From Lysobacterales bacterium (GTDB lineage Bacteria > Pseudomonadota > Gammaproteobacteria > Xanthomonadales > SZUA-5): a stretch of DNA of 64,000 nucleotides. The position numbers were made by a program, and so were the translations under genes. This document shows positions 35,907 through 46,409 of this stretch, one piece after another; the stretch's first letter is position 1, and every line of letters starts with the position of its first letter. The notes beneath the pieces were generated by a model, which did no database searches, was not told the DNA's origin, and saw only the letters and a list, made by a program, of their open reading frames with translations. The DNA lies in the NCBI GenBank assembly GCA_022844165.1, contig JALHMH010000001.1, forward strand, positions 96,001 through 160,000. The letters are read 5' to 3'.

Positions 35907-37000
35907 GGCTGCACCGGCTCTGGCGCGCCGCGCATGAAATAGACTCCAAAAAATCCGCGTTGCGTCTCAACGCGTACGCGTTGTCCGGTTTGCAGCCTGG
36001 CAAACTCGCCTGCACTCAGACGATAGCGGTTCGCCGGCACCTGACCCTCGTGCAGCAGCGGCAACTCGACGAAATACGACGAACCGCGGCGACGCTTGCG
36101 TCGCGATTGCTCACGCACGACGGCCACCGCCGTCACCTCCTCAGTGAACGCTGGCGCCGAAGCCAGCGCAACATTGAGCAGGCCGGCACTGATCGAGCAG
36201 ATCACAACAAAACTCGTAAAGCCAACGAGCGCCAGATCGATCAGCACCGGCCTGGCGCGGGCACTGTCTTTGATCCACTGTGCGGCGAACCACCACAACA
36301 CTGCGCCGATCAGGACGGACACCAACGACGCCGTGGCATACAGACCAAATCCCTGCGCATGTTGCGGAAATTTAGGCACCACATGAGCAAAAAACATCAA
36401 CACCGCAGTGACGCCCAGGCCGCCGGACAAGGCCAGCAAGATCAGTGCCCGTCCATAGTGAAACAGGCTGCGCTCGTGTTTGCCGTTGAGCGAATCCGGG
36501 ATGCTGTCCAGCAGTGCGATCAGTGGTTGCGCCAGTCGTTGACTTAACGCTTCGCCATCCGTCTGTTTCTTGGGGCCGCTCAGGCTTATCCACAGCCGCC
36601 CGTCGTAGGCCGACAATCGGTGCGCGCCAGCGTCGAAAATCTCGCCGATGGCGGCGCGCGCAACAGAATTGTTGCGCAGCCAGTGCGTAACACGTGGATC
36701 ATCGGTTTCAAATAGCAACAGCCGGTCAAGCGCACGGTCGCCGCAAGTCGCATCGCGGCCGATGTTCATGGACGCCAGAAATCGCGCAAAGGCATCTTCC
36801 TTCTGGATCCGCAATTCGAGCCCGCGACTACCAGACAACCCAAGTTCTAATGTGGTCGACGATTTGTGGTGCCGCAAACTACGCTCGAAACCTCGCCCTT
36901 GCAGCACCATTGCTTCACCGCGAAACGCACGCTGTTTGCGCAATTTCAACATCAACCAGGTGCTGGCAATCAGCGCCACTATCCCGAAAAAGAGGACCAT
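35903..37000 (-). CDS. Hypothetical membrane protein
   Basis: N-terminal TM plus three further hydrophobic segments; ATGA overlap with downstream GNAT. Confidence 0.7.
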   Translation of the reverse strand: MVLFFGIVALIASTWLMLKLRKQRAFRGEAMVLQGRGFERSLRHHKSSTTLELGLSGSRGLELRIQKEDAFARFLASMNIGRDATCGDRALDRLLLFETDDPRVTHWLRNNSVARAAIGEIFDAGAHRLSAYDGRLWISLSGPKKQTDGEALSQRLAQPLIALLDSIPDSLNGKHERSLFHYGRALILLALSGGLGVTAVLMFFAHVVPKFPQHAQGFGLYATASLVSVLIGAVLWWFAAQWIKDSARARPVLIDLALVGFTSFVVICSISAGLLNVALASAPAFTEEVTAVAVVREQSRRKRRRGSSYFVELPLLHEGQVPANRYRLSAGEFARLQTGQRVRVETQRGFFGVYFMRGAPEPVQP

Positions 37001-37079
37001 CGTGAATTCTCGCGACCAAGAGCGCAGAGCATAATGCGAACTCGCAACACACCGCTGGACGTCTCCACAGGCACACCCA

Positions 37080-37901
37080 ATGTCCATTCGTATCGACCGG
37101 GCGCTGACACAAATCGACGGCGCCTGGGTACACCATCGCGAAGCAGGCGCCGGGTGCCAGGTGCTGCTGCTCCATCAGTCGCCGCAGCACAGCGCAGCAC
37201 TGTTGCCGCTGTTCGAGGCCTTGGGCCATTCGGCCCACATCATGGCACCTGACCTGCCTGGTTATGGCCTGAGTGATCTTCCACCCGGGAGAATCAGCGT
37301 CCAGTCAATGGCGATGCACCTGGTCAAGTGGCTAGAAGAGCGTGGCTTGTGTCCGACGATTGTCTACGGAATCCACACGGGCGCGCTCGTAGCCCTGGAA
37401 CTGGCAGCAGCGATTCGGCCGGAGTCGATGGTTTTGGATGGTCTGCCGCTGTTTACCGCTGATGAGCGCAAGCAACTGGGCGAACATTATTTTCCCGATC
37501 TGACACCAGTGGCAGACGGAACACATCTGGTGACTTTGTGGCGGAGGTTCTACGACCAGTTTCGCTACTTTCCCTGGTATGCAACAGATCGGCCGTTTCC
37601 CGGTCGAGGCGCGCCTGACCCGGCAGCCGTTCAGGCCGCGATTGACGAGGCTATGATCAGTGGTGGGCGCTGTTGGGCCGGCTATCGGGCCGCAATTGCC
37701 TACGAACTTGTTTCGGCGCGCGTTGCACAACTCCGAGGCTCGGTCACACTGCTGTACCGCCCCGATGACCCGTTGCACGCGCACCGATTGAAACTTCCGA
37801 AACTGCCAGCCAATATTTGCGTCTCCGAAGACGGCGACGCATTGCGACATCTGCGTCTGGCCCTCGCCGCAGGCCATCACTCGCGGAATCACGATCAATG
37901 A
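37080..37901 (+). CDS. Alpha/beta-fold hydrolase with atypical nucleophile elbow
   Basis: LLLHQSP, APDLPGYGLSD; GIHTG in place of GxSxG. Confidence 0.8.
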   Translation: MSIRIDRALTQIDGAWVHHREAGAGCQVLLLHQSPQHSAALLPLFEALGHSAHIMAPDLPGYGLSDLPPGRISVQSMAMHLVKWLEERGLCPTIVYGIHTGALVALELAAAIRPESMVLDGLPLFTADERKQLGEHYFPDLTPVADGTHLVTLWRRFYDQFRYFPWYATDRPFPGRGAPDPAAVQAAIDEAMISGGRCWAGYRAAIAYELVSARVAQLRGSVTLLYRPDDPLHAHRLKLPKLPANICVSEDGDALRHLRLALAAGHHSRNHDQ

Positions 37902-38482
37902 CCGAAATCACGCCGCCGCACTCAATCCCAGGTCGCTCACACATTGGCGACCGGGAACCCTTCCTCGGCATCCTTGGTCGCAATACGGCTGACTATTCGA
38001 TTATGGCGGCGCAACGGCACCACGTCGCATTGAGCCAGATGGCGGACAACAAGGCCAATATCATCATTACGGTATCGTCGATCGTGTTAACGCTATCGCT
38101 GGGTCGCATGAACGATCCTGAATTGCGCGCAAGCATGTTGACGCTGGCGGGCTTTACGTTAATCGCGCTGCTTTTGGCCATTCTGGCCGTTTTGCCAAAG
38201 TACCGGCCGATGCGCTTGAGTAATACGCGAGACTTGCCTCCACACTTCAACATCATGTTTTTCGCGCACTTTGCGGAGCTTCCGCGCGACGAATTCATGC
38301 GTCGCTGGGCAGATGCCCTGCGCACGGATGCCGCGGTCTACGAAAACTTGGCAAATGATCTTTATTCCATAGGCACGTATTTGTCGCGTCACAAATACCG
38401 CTACTTGCGAATCTCGTACGTGTTCTTTCTGACCGGGTTTTTGCTGGCAGCCATCGAGCAAGTCATACGGTTTGCCTTCTGA
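37898..38482 (+). CDS. Pycsar effector-family (DUF5706/PycTM-like) membrane protein
   Basis: HVALSQMADNKANIII, AILAVLP, NIMFFAHF, DLY.IG.YL..KYRYLR.SY.FF. Confidence 0.8.
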   Translation: MTEITPPHSIPGRSHIGDREPFLGILGRNTADYSIMAAQRHHVALSQMADNKANIIITVSSIVLTLSLGRMNDPELRASMLTLAGFTLIALLLAILAVLPKYRPMRLSNTRDLPPHFNIMFFAHFAELPRDEFMRRWADALRTDAAVYENLANDLYSIGTYLSRHKYRYLRISYVFFLTGFLLAAIEQVIRFAF

Positions 38483-38489
38483 GGACGTC

Positions 38490-38517
38490 AAAAAGCCCGC
38501 CATGGGCGGGCTCTTTT
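38490..38517. terminator. Bidirectional rho-independent terminator
   Basis: AAAAAGCCCGCC-ATG-GGCGGGCTCTTTT between convergent genes. Confidence 0.85.
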
Positions 38518-38532
38518 ACGTTGCGCCTTGCG

Positions 38533-38874
38533 CTACTTGATGAGCAGATCGTCGAGCGATTTGCCGGCGGCAACTGCATCGCGAAACCAGTGCGGCTGTT
38601 TGCCACGGCCGGTCCAGGTTTGCAGGTGATTGATCGGATTTCGGTACTTCGGAGCCACCATTCGCTTGGCTTCGGCTGAACTGGCCAGCGCGGCTCGCGG
38701 ACCACGACCGGCGAAGAGCTCGTAAATATCGAACCCGGCTTCCTTGGCCTGCGCTTCAAGATTGCGTCGCACTTCGGCGAACTGTTGCTTTTTCAGGACT
38801 TCAATGCGTGCGCGCGCCGCAACTGCCAGCTGCTCCAGCTCCGAAATGGACAGGCCGCTAATATCAATCGACAT
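38533..38874 (-). CDS. H-NS family nucleoid-associated protein
   Basis: PKYRNP...TWTGRGKQPHW DNA-binding motif; AT-rich upstream region. Confidence 0.92.
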   Translation of the reverse strand: MSIDISGLSISELEQLAVAARARIEVLKKQQFAEVRRNLEAQAKEAGFDIYELFAGRGPRAALASSAEAKRMVAPKYRNPINHLQTWTGRGKQPHWFRDAVAAGKSLDDLLIK

Positions 38875-39299
38875 CGTTTCGCCTCTCTTTTATATGGGTG
38901 ACGCCACGTAGGATGCCAATACTCTTTGATTATTGCAATAAACAAACCTGTCTGATGCCTTTCCGATTAACTTCCCAACGCGTTCCTCTCTCCACGGCGG
39001 TTTGAATACCGGCACCGAGTGGGCGCAGGGAAAGGTGGACGATGCGTAGTGACGCAGAGATATCAACTAACGAGGCTGCGCCCCAGACCGCCGAGCATTG
39101 TAGGCTTCACCAGACACCGTACTTGCCAAAACCCCCATTGAACGCTATGCGCTCAATCGCCCTCTTGTACTCAAGGGGGCTTCAACAACCAAAGCCGCTG
39201 CGTAGAAAATTTGACTCAACTGTACAGATCCGGCGCCGTCAAGGGCTGTAGACAGGCAAGCTAGCGCCGCTCTACGCAGCCGCAGGCTTGCACAGCAGG

Positions 39300-40154
39300 T
39301 TATTCAAGCCGATCTCCAAGCACCGTTCGAACCTCCAATAGCTCAGGGAAAAACGTCAGGTCCAGGGCCTTTCGCAGAAAGGCGACACCTGAAGAACCGC
39401 CGGTCCCGCGCCGATAGCCGATGATTCGCTCCACCGTTTTCATATGCCGAAACCGCCAGAGTTGAAAGCTCTCTTCAACGTCCACCAACTGCTCGCACAG
39501 ATGATAGGCAGACCAGTGTGCGTCAGGCTTCTCGTAGATCGCTTTGAGCACTGGAATCAGCTCGGGCACGCGCTCGTGTGGTTGAGAAAAGTCGCGACTC
39601 ACACATCGATCTGGAATAGGGTGACCAACCCGGTACAAATGCATCAAGAACTCGTCGTACAGGCTGGGGGCGTGCAATGCCTCGACAAGATTGGCGTAGC
39701 TGACCGGGTCATGTGCGAATACCGCCAACATGTCGCCGTTTTTGTTACCCAATAGAAACTCGATCCAGCGATACTGGACCGACTGAAAGCCGCTGGCGGG
39801 CCCAAGTACATGGCGAAACGCCATGTATTCGCTGGGCGTGAGGGTCTCAAGCACTGCCCATTGCTCAAAAAGCTGCCGCTGTATGTGCTTGACGCGCGCC
39901 AGTATCTTCAAACACGGCCCAAGATCATCGCCGCGCAGTTTGGCAATCGCCGCGTGCAGCTCGTGTATCACGAGCTTCATCCAAAGTTCGCTGGTCTGAT
40001 GCTGGATGATGAACAGCATTTCGTCGTGGTGCATTGGCGACGAGAGTGGGTTCTGAGCACCCAGCAAACGATCGAGTTGCAAGTAGCCACCGTAACTCAA
40101 CCGTTCCCGCAGATCAGTGGTGATCTCGGCTTCCAGCGCACGCCGGTTGCTCAT
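39300..40154 (-). CDS. kynA: Tryptophan 2,3-dioxygenase
   Basis: [42 protein letters not shown]. Confidence 0.96.
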   Translation of the reverse strand: MSNRRALEAEITTDLRERLSYGGYLQLDRLLGAQNPLSSPMHHDEMLFIIQHQTSELWMKLVIHELHAAIAKLRGDDLGPCLKILARVKHIQRQLFEQWAVLETLTPSEYMAFRHVLGPASGFQSVQYRWIEFLLGNKNGDMLAVFAHDPVSYANLVEALHAPSLYDEFLMHLYRVGHPIPDRCVSRDFSQPHERVPELIPVLKAIYEKPDAHWSAYHLCEQLVDVEESFQLWRFRHMKTVERIIGYRRGTGGSSGVAFLRKALDLTFFPELLEVRTVLGDRLE

Positions 40155-40381
40155 GCGGTTTGCCCAAGCAGGCTCTTGACGAACGCCGAGATCTCGTCTT
40201 TGCTGCCGTAGATCTTGGTGTGCGAATCTCTCCCGAGATTAGTGCCGACCGCGACCGAATATTCCATTCCCGCTGCGTTGCCTTCTTCATCCAGTTTCGC
40301 GAACGACTCGATCCGTCCTATGAAAACCACTTTAGATGCATCGATAAACCCGCCTTGCGGCAGCCTAATCCAGCGTTGCAT
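40151..40381 (-). CDS. Small hypothetical protein
   Basis: ATG 40381; stop overlaps kynA start (ATGA). Confidence 0.65.
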   Translation of the reverse strand: MQRWIRLPQGGFIDASKVVFIGRIESFAKLDEEGNAAGMEYSVAVGTNLGRDSHTKIYGSKDEISAFVKSLLGQTA

Positions 40382-40532
40382 GTTCGCCTCGAAGAAGATG
40401 GCCCTTGACATGCTGAGTGTAACTAAGTTGCAGGGCGTCTGGGGGCGCGACTGAGAGGCCAGCATTCGTGCTTCAGCCTGGGCTGGCCCGCATCTTGCCA
40501 GAATCTGCGGACCACCCCGTCAGGAATGTCCG

Positions 40533-41360
40533 ATGAGAAACCAACTTCTGTACCTCATTCTTCTGGCTGCTGCCAGCGCAAACGCCGAGATGATCATCGC
40601 GCCGGGACTGGATATCGATGCCGGCGCGCGTTACGTGCAAATTCCGTCGGGTATGAGCGTGGGTGTGATCGACACTGGATCGGGATCGGTCCGGTTGGCG
40701 GAAAACGCCGGGGCCCAACGGATCGATACCGGCAGCGGCGATGTGCGCCTCGGTGCCGAGGCGGTCAGTGGCGATATCGATACGGGATCTGGATCTGTGT
40801 CCCTCGATGTGGGCGCACGAGCGGGAATGATCGACACCGGCAGCGGCAGCGTGGATCTTGCTGATCGCGCTGCAAGCGGCGGCATCGATACCGGCAGCGG
40901 CAGCGTCGACATCGGCGTACAGGCGACGGTCGATGGTGACATCGATACCGGTTCGGGTTCTGTGCGGATCAAAGAGGGTTCGCGAGTCAATGGCAAGATC
41001 GATACCGGGAGCGGCGACGTGGACCTGCGTGGAGTGATCGTCAAAGGCCCCGTCGATGTCGGCAGTGGCAACATTCGCCTGGCGGATGTTGCGGCCGAAA
41101 GCCTGGCGGTGACCAGTGGCGATATCACGTTATCGGGTTCCACCCGAATCGCTGGCGAGTTGCGAATTCGCAAACGTAAGTGTTGGGGTCTTTGCTGGGG
41201 CGGCAGAGACCCGGTGGTACGCGTTGGCCCAGGTGTTGTGATCGACGGCAAGATTATCGTGGAAGATGGCGCCAAAGCCGACATTTCCGTCGATCCTGCG
41301 GCGAAGGTTGGTGGCGTTATTGGCGCCACGGTGCGTGGTCTGGCGGAGCGAAACGAGTGA
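40533..41360 (+). CDS. Secreted DUF4097-like beta-strand repeat protein
   Basis: Signal peptide; seven IDTGSG repeats plus two degenerate units. Confidence 0.8.
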   Translation: MRNQLLYLILLAAASANAEMIIAPGLDIDAGARYVQIPSGMSVGVIDTGSGSVRLAENAGAQRIDTGSGDVRLGAEAVSGDIDTGSGSVSLDVGARAGMIDTGSGSVDLADRAASGGIDTGSGSVDIGVQATVDGDIDTGSGSVRIKEGSRVNGKIDTGSGDVDLRGVIVKGPVDVGSGNIRLADVAAESLAVTSGDITLSGSTRIAGELRIRKRKCWGLCWGGRDPVVRVGPGVVIDGKIIVEDGAKADISVDPAAKVGGVIGATVRGLAERNE

Positions 41361-41899
41361 GTCTCGGCGAAGCGGACGTCATCGAAGCAACGCGTCGCTG
41401 GATCGAGCGCGCGGTCATTGGATTGTCCCTGTGCCCCTTCGCGCGCAAACCCTATGAGCAAGACAGCGTGCGCATCGCGCTTAGCGATGCGCGCGATGCG
41501 GACGCGTTACTGCAGGCGCTCAGCGACGAGTTGACGCATCTTGTCAACTCCTCGCCGGCCAGTTGCGAGACAACGCTGCTGGTACATCCACTGGCGATGA
41601 CTGATTTTCTTGACTTCAACGACTTCCTGGAATTGGCAGATGCGTGTGTGGCAGCCATGGGACTTGAAGGCGAAGTGCAGGTAGCCAGCTTTCACCCCGA
41701 TTTTGTGTTTGCCGATGAAGCACCCGACGACGTCAGCAACGCAACCAATCGATCGCCGTACCCGACCCTGCACTTGTTGCGCGAAGCCAGCGTCGCACGC
41801 GCGGTCGACTCGCTCGCCGATCCGGATGTCGTTTATCAGCGCAACATTGCAAGCCTGCGCGCGCTCGGATGGGAGGGATTTCGTCGGGCGACAGGTTAG
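41357..41899 (+). CDS. DUF1415 family protein
   Basis: VIGLSLCPFA, QVASFHP, TNRSPYPTLHLLRE. Confidence 0.88.
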   Translation: MSLGEADVIEATRRWIERAVIGLSLCPFARKPYEQDSVRIALSDARDADALLQALSDELTHLVNSSPASCETTLLVHPLAMTDFLDFNDFLELADACVAAMGLEGEVQVASFHPDFVFADEAPDDVSNATNRSPYPTLHLLREASVARAVDSLADPDVVYQRNIASLRALGWEGFRRATG

Positions 41900-43158
41900 C
41901 CCGCTTTGTTCTGCCAGCGCACCAGGGCGCGGAGCACATTCAGTGCTTCCCGAAGCATGAAGTCGCGTTCAAGTGCGGGGCCGGTTGCCGTCGCGGGTGC
42001 TGATCCTGTTTGCAGGTGGCCTGGCAGGTCGGCCTCGCTGACGCTGCGTACGCCGCGATCGATGGGTGTCAGCTCAGCCGCTTGCAGTTCAACATCGGGA
42101 ACAATGCCGGCAGCCTGAATCGAGCGACCAGAAGGCGTGTAATACAGGGCGGTGGTCAGTTTGATGGCCTCGCCGCTCTCGAGGGGCAGGACCGACTGAA
42201 CCGACCCCTTGCCGAAGGTGGTTTCGCCCAAAATGAGCGCGCGACGTGTGTCTTGCAGGGCGCCGGCAACGATTTCGCTGGCAGAGGCCGATCCGCGGTC
42301 GACCAACACTACGATCGGCGCGCCTTTGAGTACGTCGCCCGGTGTCGCTACAAACTCGGATTTCGACATGCTCACTCGCCCCCTGGTCGAGACAATCACA
42401 CCGCTATCGATGAACAAATCGCTGACGGCGACCGCTGCGTCCAGCAGTCCACCGGGATTGCTGCGCAAATCGAGCACCAGGCCATCAATGGGAACACTGG
42501 GTTTGACCAGCCCGGCGATTCTGCGTGCCGTTTCTTCGCCGGTGTTGGTTTGAAATGCGGCAATACGAACGTATGCGAATCCCGGCGCCAACATCCGTGC
42601 GCGCACGGCGGTGATGTCGATCACAGCGCGCGTCAACTCCACTTCGAACGGCACGCTTGCGCCGCGCTGAATCGTGAGTCTTACCTTGCTGCCGACGGCG
42701 CCGCGCATCTGGTCGATTGCGATGTTCGCGTTTTCGATATCGATCGGCGTATCGTCGATCCGGCGAATAATGTCGCCGGGCTGGATGCCGGCCGCAGCTG
42801 CTGGCGTGTCGTCGATTGGCGAAATGATCACTAATTCACCGCCCCGCACTTGCACCTCGACGCCGAGCCCTCCGTAACTGCCGCTGGTATCGTCGGTGAG
42901 CGTCTCCAAATCCGTTTTCGCAAGGTAGGCGCTGTGCGGGTCGAGATCGAACAGCAGTCCGCGGATGGCCGATTTCATCAGTTTGTCGGCGCCGACTGGT
43001 TCGACATACGAGCGCTGGACCTCACGAAAGACGGCGGTGAAGATGCGAATGTCCTCGATATCGACCTCATCGATTTGGGTGCTCGTAACCACCGTCGTTT
43101 CATTGGCGAATACGGGAGTTGCGAGCGCAACACAGAGGCACAGAGCGAGGCGATTCAT
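41896..43158 (-). CDS. ctpA: S41 family C-terminal processing peptidase (PDZ)
   Basis: LDPHSAY, GGLGV, DLRSNPGG, SASASEI, TFGKGSVQ. Confidence 0.92.
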   Translation of the reverse strand: MNRLALCLCVALATPVFANETTVVTSTQIDEVDIEDIRIFTAVFREVQRSYVEPVGADKLMKSAIRGLLFDLDPHSAYLAKTDLETLTDDTSGSYGGLGVEVQVRGGELVIISPIDDTPAAAAGIQPGDIIRRIDDTPIDIENANIAIDQMRGAVGSKVRLTIQRGASVPFEVELTRAVIDITAVRARMLAPGFAYVRIAAFQTNTGEETARRIAGLVKPSVPIDGLVLDLRSNPGGLLDAAVAVSDLFIDSGVIVSTRGRVSMSKSEFVATPGDVLKGAPIVVLVDRGSASASEIVAGALQDTRRALILGETTFGKGSVQSVLPLESGEAIKLTTALYYTPSGRSIQAAGIVPDVELQAAELTPIDRGVRSVSEADLPGHLQTGSAPATATGPALERDFMLREALNVLRALVRWQNKAG

Positions 43159-43265
43159 GGTTCGGTACTCAAGTCTTGGTTGTGGATCTTCATCTTCGGC
43201 GCCCTCGTATGGTGGTCGATCAGGGTCGTACACCTCTGGCGAACGCTGTGAAAATGCGTCTGCCC

Positions 43266-44774
43266 TTATGAACTGCATGACAACATCGAGCAACCCGCGC
43301 GCGACCTTGCCCACTCCGGCCTCTTACTCGTCAGGTGCGCAAATTGCGGCTGTTTCGCAAACGGTTGTCGCAGCGCGGAGAGCAGTTCTTGCAGGATCGT
43401 CGCGTCGCCCTTTTCTGCCGCGTCGATGGACAACTGCAGCAGGAAATTGCGTGGGACCAGTCGCGGGTTGACGGCATCCATGTCATCGCGCCTTGCGCGC
43501 CCGGTGTAACGCGCCAGCCACGCCGAAAGCTGCTCCGCCGATCGAGCGAATTTTGCGGCGCTGTAACATGCGTCGGCAAAGTCCGTCGCACGCAGCTGCT
43601 GAGTATCGTGATCGCTCAACACCCGAAAGCCGAGCGTAAAGTCGCACTCGGCCGATTCCATCCAGGATAGAAAGCCACGCACAAGCTGAATGTCATCATC
43701 GCTTTCGTCGGCAAGACCCAGTTTGTGCCGCATCGCTGCCAGATAGCGCTCGGAGAACACGCGCGCGTATCTCTCCAGGCCTTCGTTCAGCGCGGCCTCG
43801 TCGACCACACCCGACAGCGCGTGGGCCAGAGCCTGCAAGTTCCATTGGGCGATCTGCGGTTGCCGTCCGTAGGCATAACGTCGCCCCTGAGCGTCGGTTG
43901 TATTCGGCGTCCACAGCGGATCGACATTCTCCAGCCAACCGAACGGGCCGTAGTCGATGGTCAAACCCAGAATCGACAGGTTGTCGGTGTTCATGACGCC
44001 ATGGACAAAACCCAGTCGCATCCAGTCGACCATCAATCGCGCCGTGCGTTCGGATACGTCGATAAACCAGGCGCCGCGATCCCGTTCAAGGTGCGGAAAA
44101 TCGCGATCGAGCGTGAAGTCGATCAGGCGATTGAGCAGAGCAGTATCGCCGCGCGACGCAGGCAGCTCGAAGTGCCCAAACCGAATGAAGGATGGTGCGA
44201 CCCGACAGACGATGGCGCCCGTTTCGTTTTGTGGACGCCCGTCGTAAAACATATCGCGAACAACACAGTCGCCAGTGGTGACCAGCGACAGTGCGCGCGT
44301 CGTCGGCACGCCGAACGCGTGCATGGCTTCGCTGAGGACGTATTCGCGCAGCGAAGAGCGCAGCACGGCGCGGCCGTCCGCGTGGCGTGAGTATGGCGTC
44401 GGACCCGCGCCCTTGAGTTGCAGCTCGTATCTGGAATTGTCCGTTCCGATGACCTCACCCAGGCTGATCGCGCGGCCATCGCCAAGCTGCCCGGCCCATT
44501 GGCCGAACTGATGGCCCCCGTAGTTGGTCGCGATCGGCGTCATCCCCGGCAACAGCGCGTTGCCGGACATCGCTGCCAGAAAGGCTGGCGATTCGCGCAG
44601 CGCTGAGTCGATTCCTATGGTCTGCGCCAATTCGCGATTGAATGCCAGCCACTTCGGTGCCATTACGGGCGTCGGCATCGCCGGCGAATACAGTGCGCCG
44701 CGTACCTGACGCACACCCGGCGCCTTGTTTGCATCGGCCGGCAACTCGCGCGCAAAGCGGTTGTCGAACTTCAT
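43266..44774 (-). CDS. selO: Protein adenylyltransferase SelO/YdiU
   Basis: YGGHQFG, QLGDGRA, QLKGAGPTPYSR, HGVMNTDN, IDYGPF, C-terminal CSS. Confidence 0.95.
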   Translation of the reverse strand: MKFDNRFARELPADANKAPGVRQVRGALYSPAMPTPVMAPKWLAFNRELAQTIGIDSALRESPAFLAAMSGNALLPGMTPIATNYGGHQFGQWAGQLGDGRAISLGEVIGTDNSRYELQLKGAGPTPYSRHADGRAVLRSSLREYVLSEAMHAFGVPTTRALSLVTTGDCVVRDMFYDGRPQNETGAIVCRVAPSFIRFGHFELPASRGDTALLNRLIDFTLDRDFPHLERDRGAWFIDVSERTARLMVDWMRLGFVHGVMNTDNLSILGLTIDYGPFGWLENVDPLWTPNTTDAQGRRYAYGRQPQIAQWNLQALAHALSGVVDEAALNEGLERYARVFSERYLAAMRHKLGLADESDDDIQLVRGFLSWMESAECDFTLGFRVLSDHDTQQLRATDFADACYSAAKFARSAEQLSAWLARYTGRARRDDMDAVNPRLVPRNFLLQLSIDAAEKGDATILQELLSALRQPFAKQPQFAHLTSKRPEWARSRAGCSMLSCSS

Positions 44775-45436
44775 GCGCAGCGCTCGAAGATAAGGTCAGT
44801 GACTGCGTGTCCGAGATTGCGACCACGGCGCTCGAAATGCGTTTCGATTCTCGCGGCGCCGCGCTCGGCGCGATCGGCAACCAGCCGCAGTCGGGGCTCG
44901 GTGCCTAGCACCTCACGCATTGATTCGGCGTAAGGCTGCCAATCGGTAGCCAAATGCAATCGCCCGCCCATTCGCAGTTGCGTTGCGATGAGCGCAACAA
45001 CGTCATGGCGCACGATGCGCCGTTTGTGGTGGCGCGCTTTGGGCCAGGGGTCGGGGAAGTAAATGCGCACTTCATCGAGGCTTGCGGCGGAAAAGACGTG
45101 CAGCACTTCGATCGCATCGAATCGTATCAGCCGTAGATTGCGCAACTCGGCCGCGGCAGCGGCGCGCAAGGCGCGGCCGACGCCGGGCCCGTGTACTTCG
45201 ATGCCCAGAAAATTGCGATTCGGATCGGAACTGGCGGCGGCGATCAGCGCCTCGCCGTTGCCGAAGCCCACTTCCACGACGATCGGCGATGCCTGGAGGT
45301 ACGCAGCGCGAAGCGCGTCTTCGGCGACCGGCCAATCGATACCGAATCTTGGCCAGAGCGTTTCCAGCGCCACGCGCTGAGCTTCGGTGGTCCGCCCCTG
45401 GCGTAGCACATAGCTCTTGATGTGCCGGTCGCTCAC
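44771..45436 (-). CDS. trmB: tRNA (guanine-N7)-methyltransferase
   Basis: [35 protein letters not shown]. Confidence 0.95.
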   Translation of the reverse strand: MSDRHIKSYVLRQGRTTEAQRVALETLWPRFGIDWPVAEDALRAAYLQASPIVVEVGFGNGEALIAAASSDPNRNFLGIEVHGPGVGRALRAAAAAELRNLRLIRFDAIEVLHVFSAASLDEVRIYFPDPWPKARHHKRRIVRHDVVALIATQLRMGGRLHLATDWQPYAESMREVLGTEPRLRLVADRAERGAARIETHFERRGRNLGHAVTDLIFERCA

Positions 45437-46212
45437 TCAATCAGACCTAGTTCGGGCGACGACGCATTCGCAAATCGCTTTTTCGGTATGCGCCCGGCCA
45501 AAAAGGCTTCGCGACCGGCTTCCACTGCTTTGCGCATGGCACTGGCCATCAACACCGGATCTCTTGCGCCGGCAATCGCGGTGTTCATGAGCACACCGTC
45601 GCAGCCCAGCTCCATGGCCACGGCGGCGTCGGACGCCGTGCCGACGCCCGCATCGACGATGATCGGTACCGTTTTTTCCTCGACAATCGTCAAGATGTTG
45701 TACGGATTGCGCACGCCCAGGCCCGATCCGATCGGCGCCGCCAGCGGCATCACCGCCACGCAGCCCCGCTTGGCCAGCTCGCGCGCAACAACCGGATCGT
45801 CGTTGGTGTAGACCATTACCTGGAATCCATCGCGCACCAGAATATCGGTGGCTTTGAGCGTCTCGACGACATCTGGAAACAGCGTCTTCGTCTCGGCAAG
45901 AACTTCCAATTTGACGAGGCAGGCACCGTCCAACAACTCACGCGCAAGGCGACACGTGCGCACGGCTTCTTCGGCAGAAAAGCAGCCCGCCGTATTCGGC
46001 AAGATGGTGTACCTGTCCGGCGGCAATACGTCGAGCACGTTTGGCTGCCCAGGCAAGTTACCGATGCTGGTGCGGCGTATCGCCACGGTGACGATTTGTG
46101 CTCCGGCGGCCTCGGTGGCAAGCTGCGTTTCCGCCAAATCTCTGAATTTCCCGGTTCCCGTCAACAACCGGGACCTATAGAGCTTGCCGGCGATTTCAAG
46201 TGCATCGTTCAT
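45433..46212 (-). CDS. thiG: Thiazole synthase
   Basis: [40 protein letters not shown]. Confidence 0.96.
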   Translation of the reverse strand: MNDALEIAGKLYRSRLLTGTGKFRDLAETQLATEAAGAQIVTVAIRRTSIGNLPGQPNVLDVLPPDRYTILPNTAGCFSAEEAVRTCRLARELLDGACLVKLEVLAETKTLFPDVVETLKATDILVRDGFQVMVYTNDDPVVARELAKRGCVAVMPLAAPIGSGLGVRNPYNILTIVEEKTVPIIVDAGVGTASDAAVAMELGCDGVLMNTAIAGARDPVLMASAMRKAVEAGREAFLAGRIPKKRFANASSPELGLIE

Positions 46213-46409
46213 AGTCTGTCGTTCGGGACGCATTGACGACAGCATAGCGGGACTTGCGGCACGACTCCGTGCGCTGTGCAAACGTGGCGACGGATCGCGT
46301 TGGCGATCGCGCATTACAGAACCGCGAGTCCGGCGAAGTGCAGGACCGGACTCGCGTGGGGTTGAACTGGCGCTCTCCAATCAACGGTTGAGCGCATTTC
46401 TCATTCGAA

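Noticed and set aside
43266-43290. Selenocysteine recoding in selO
   Set aside because: The C-terminus is CSS with a TAA stop; there is no in-frame TGA
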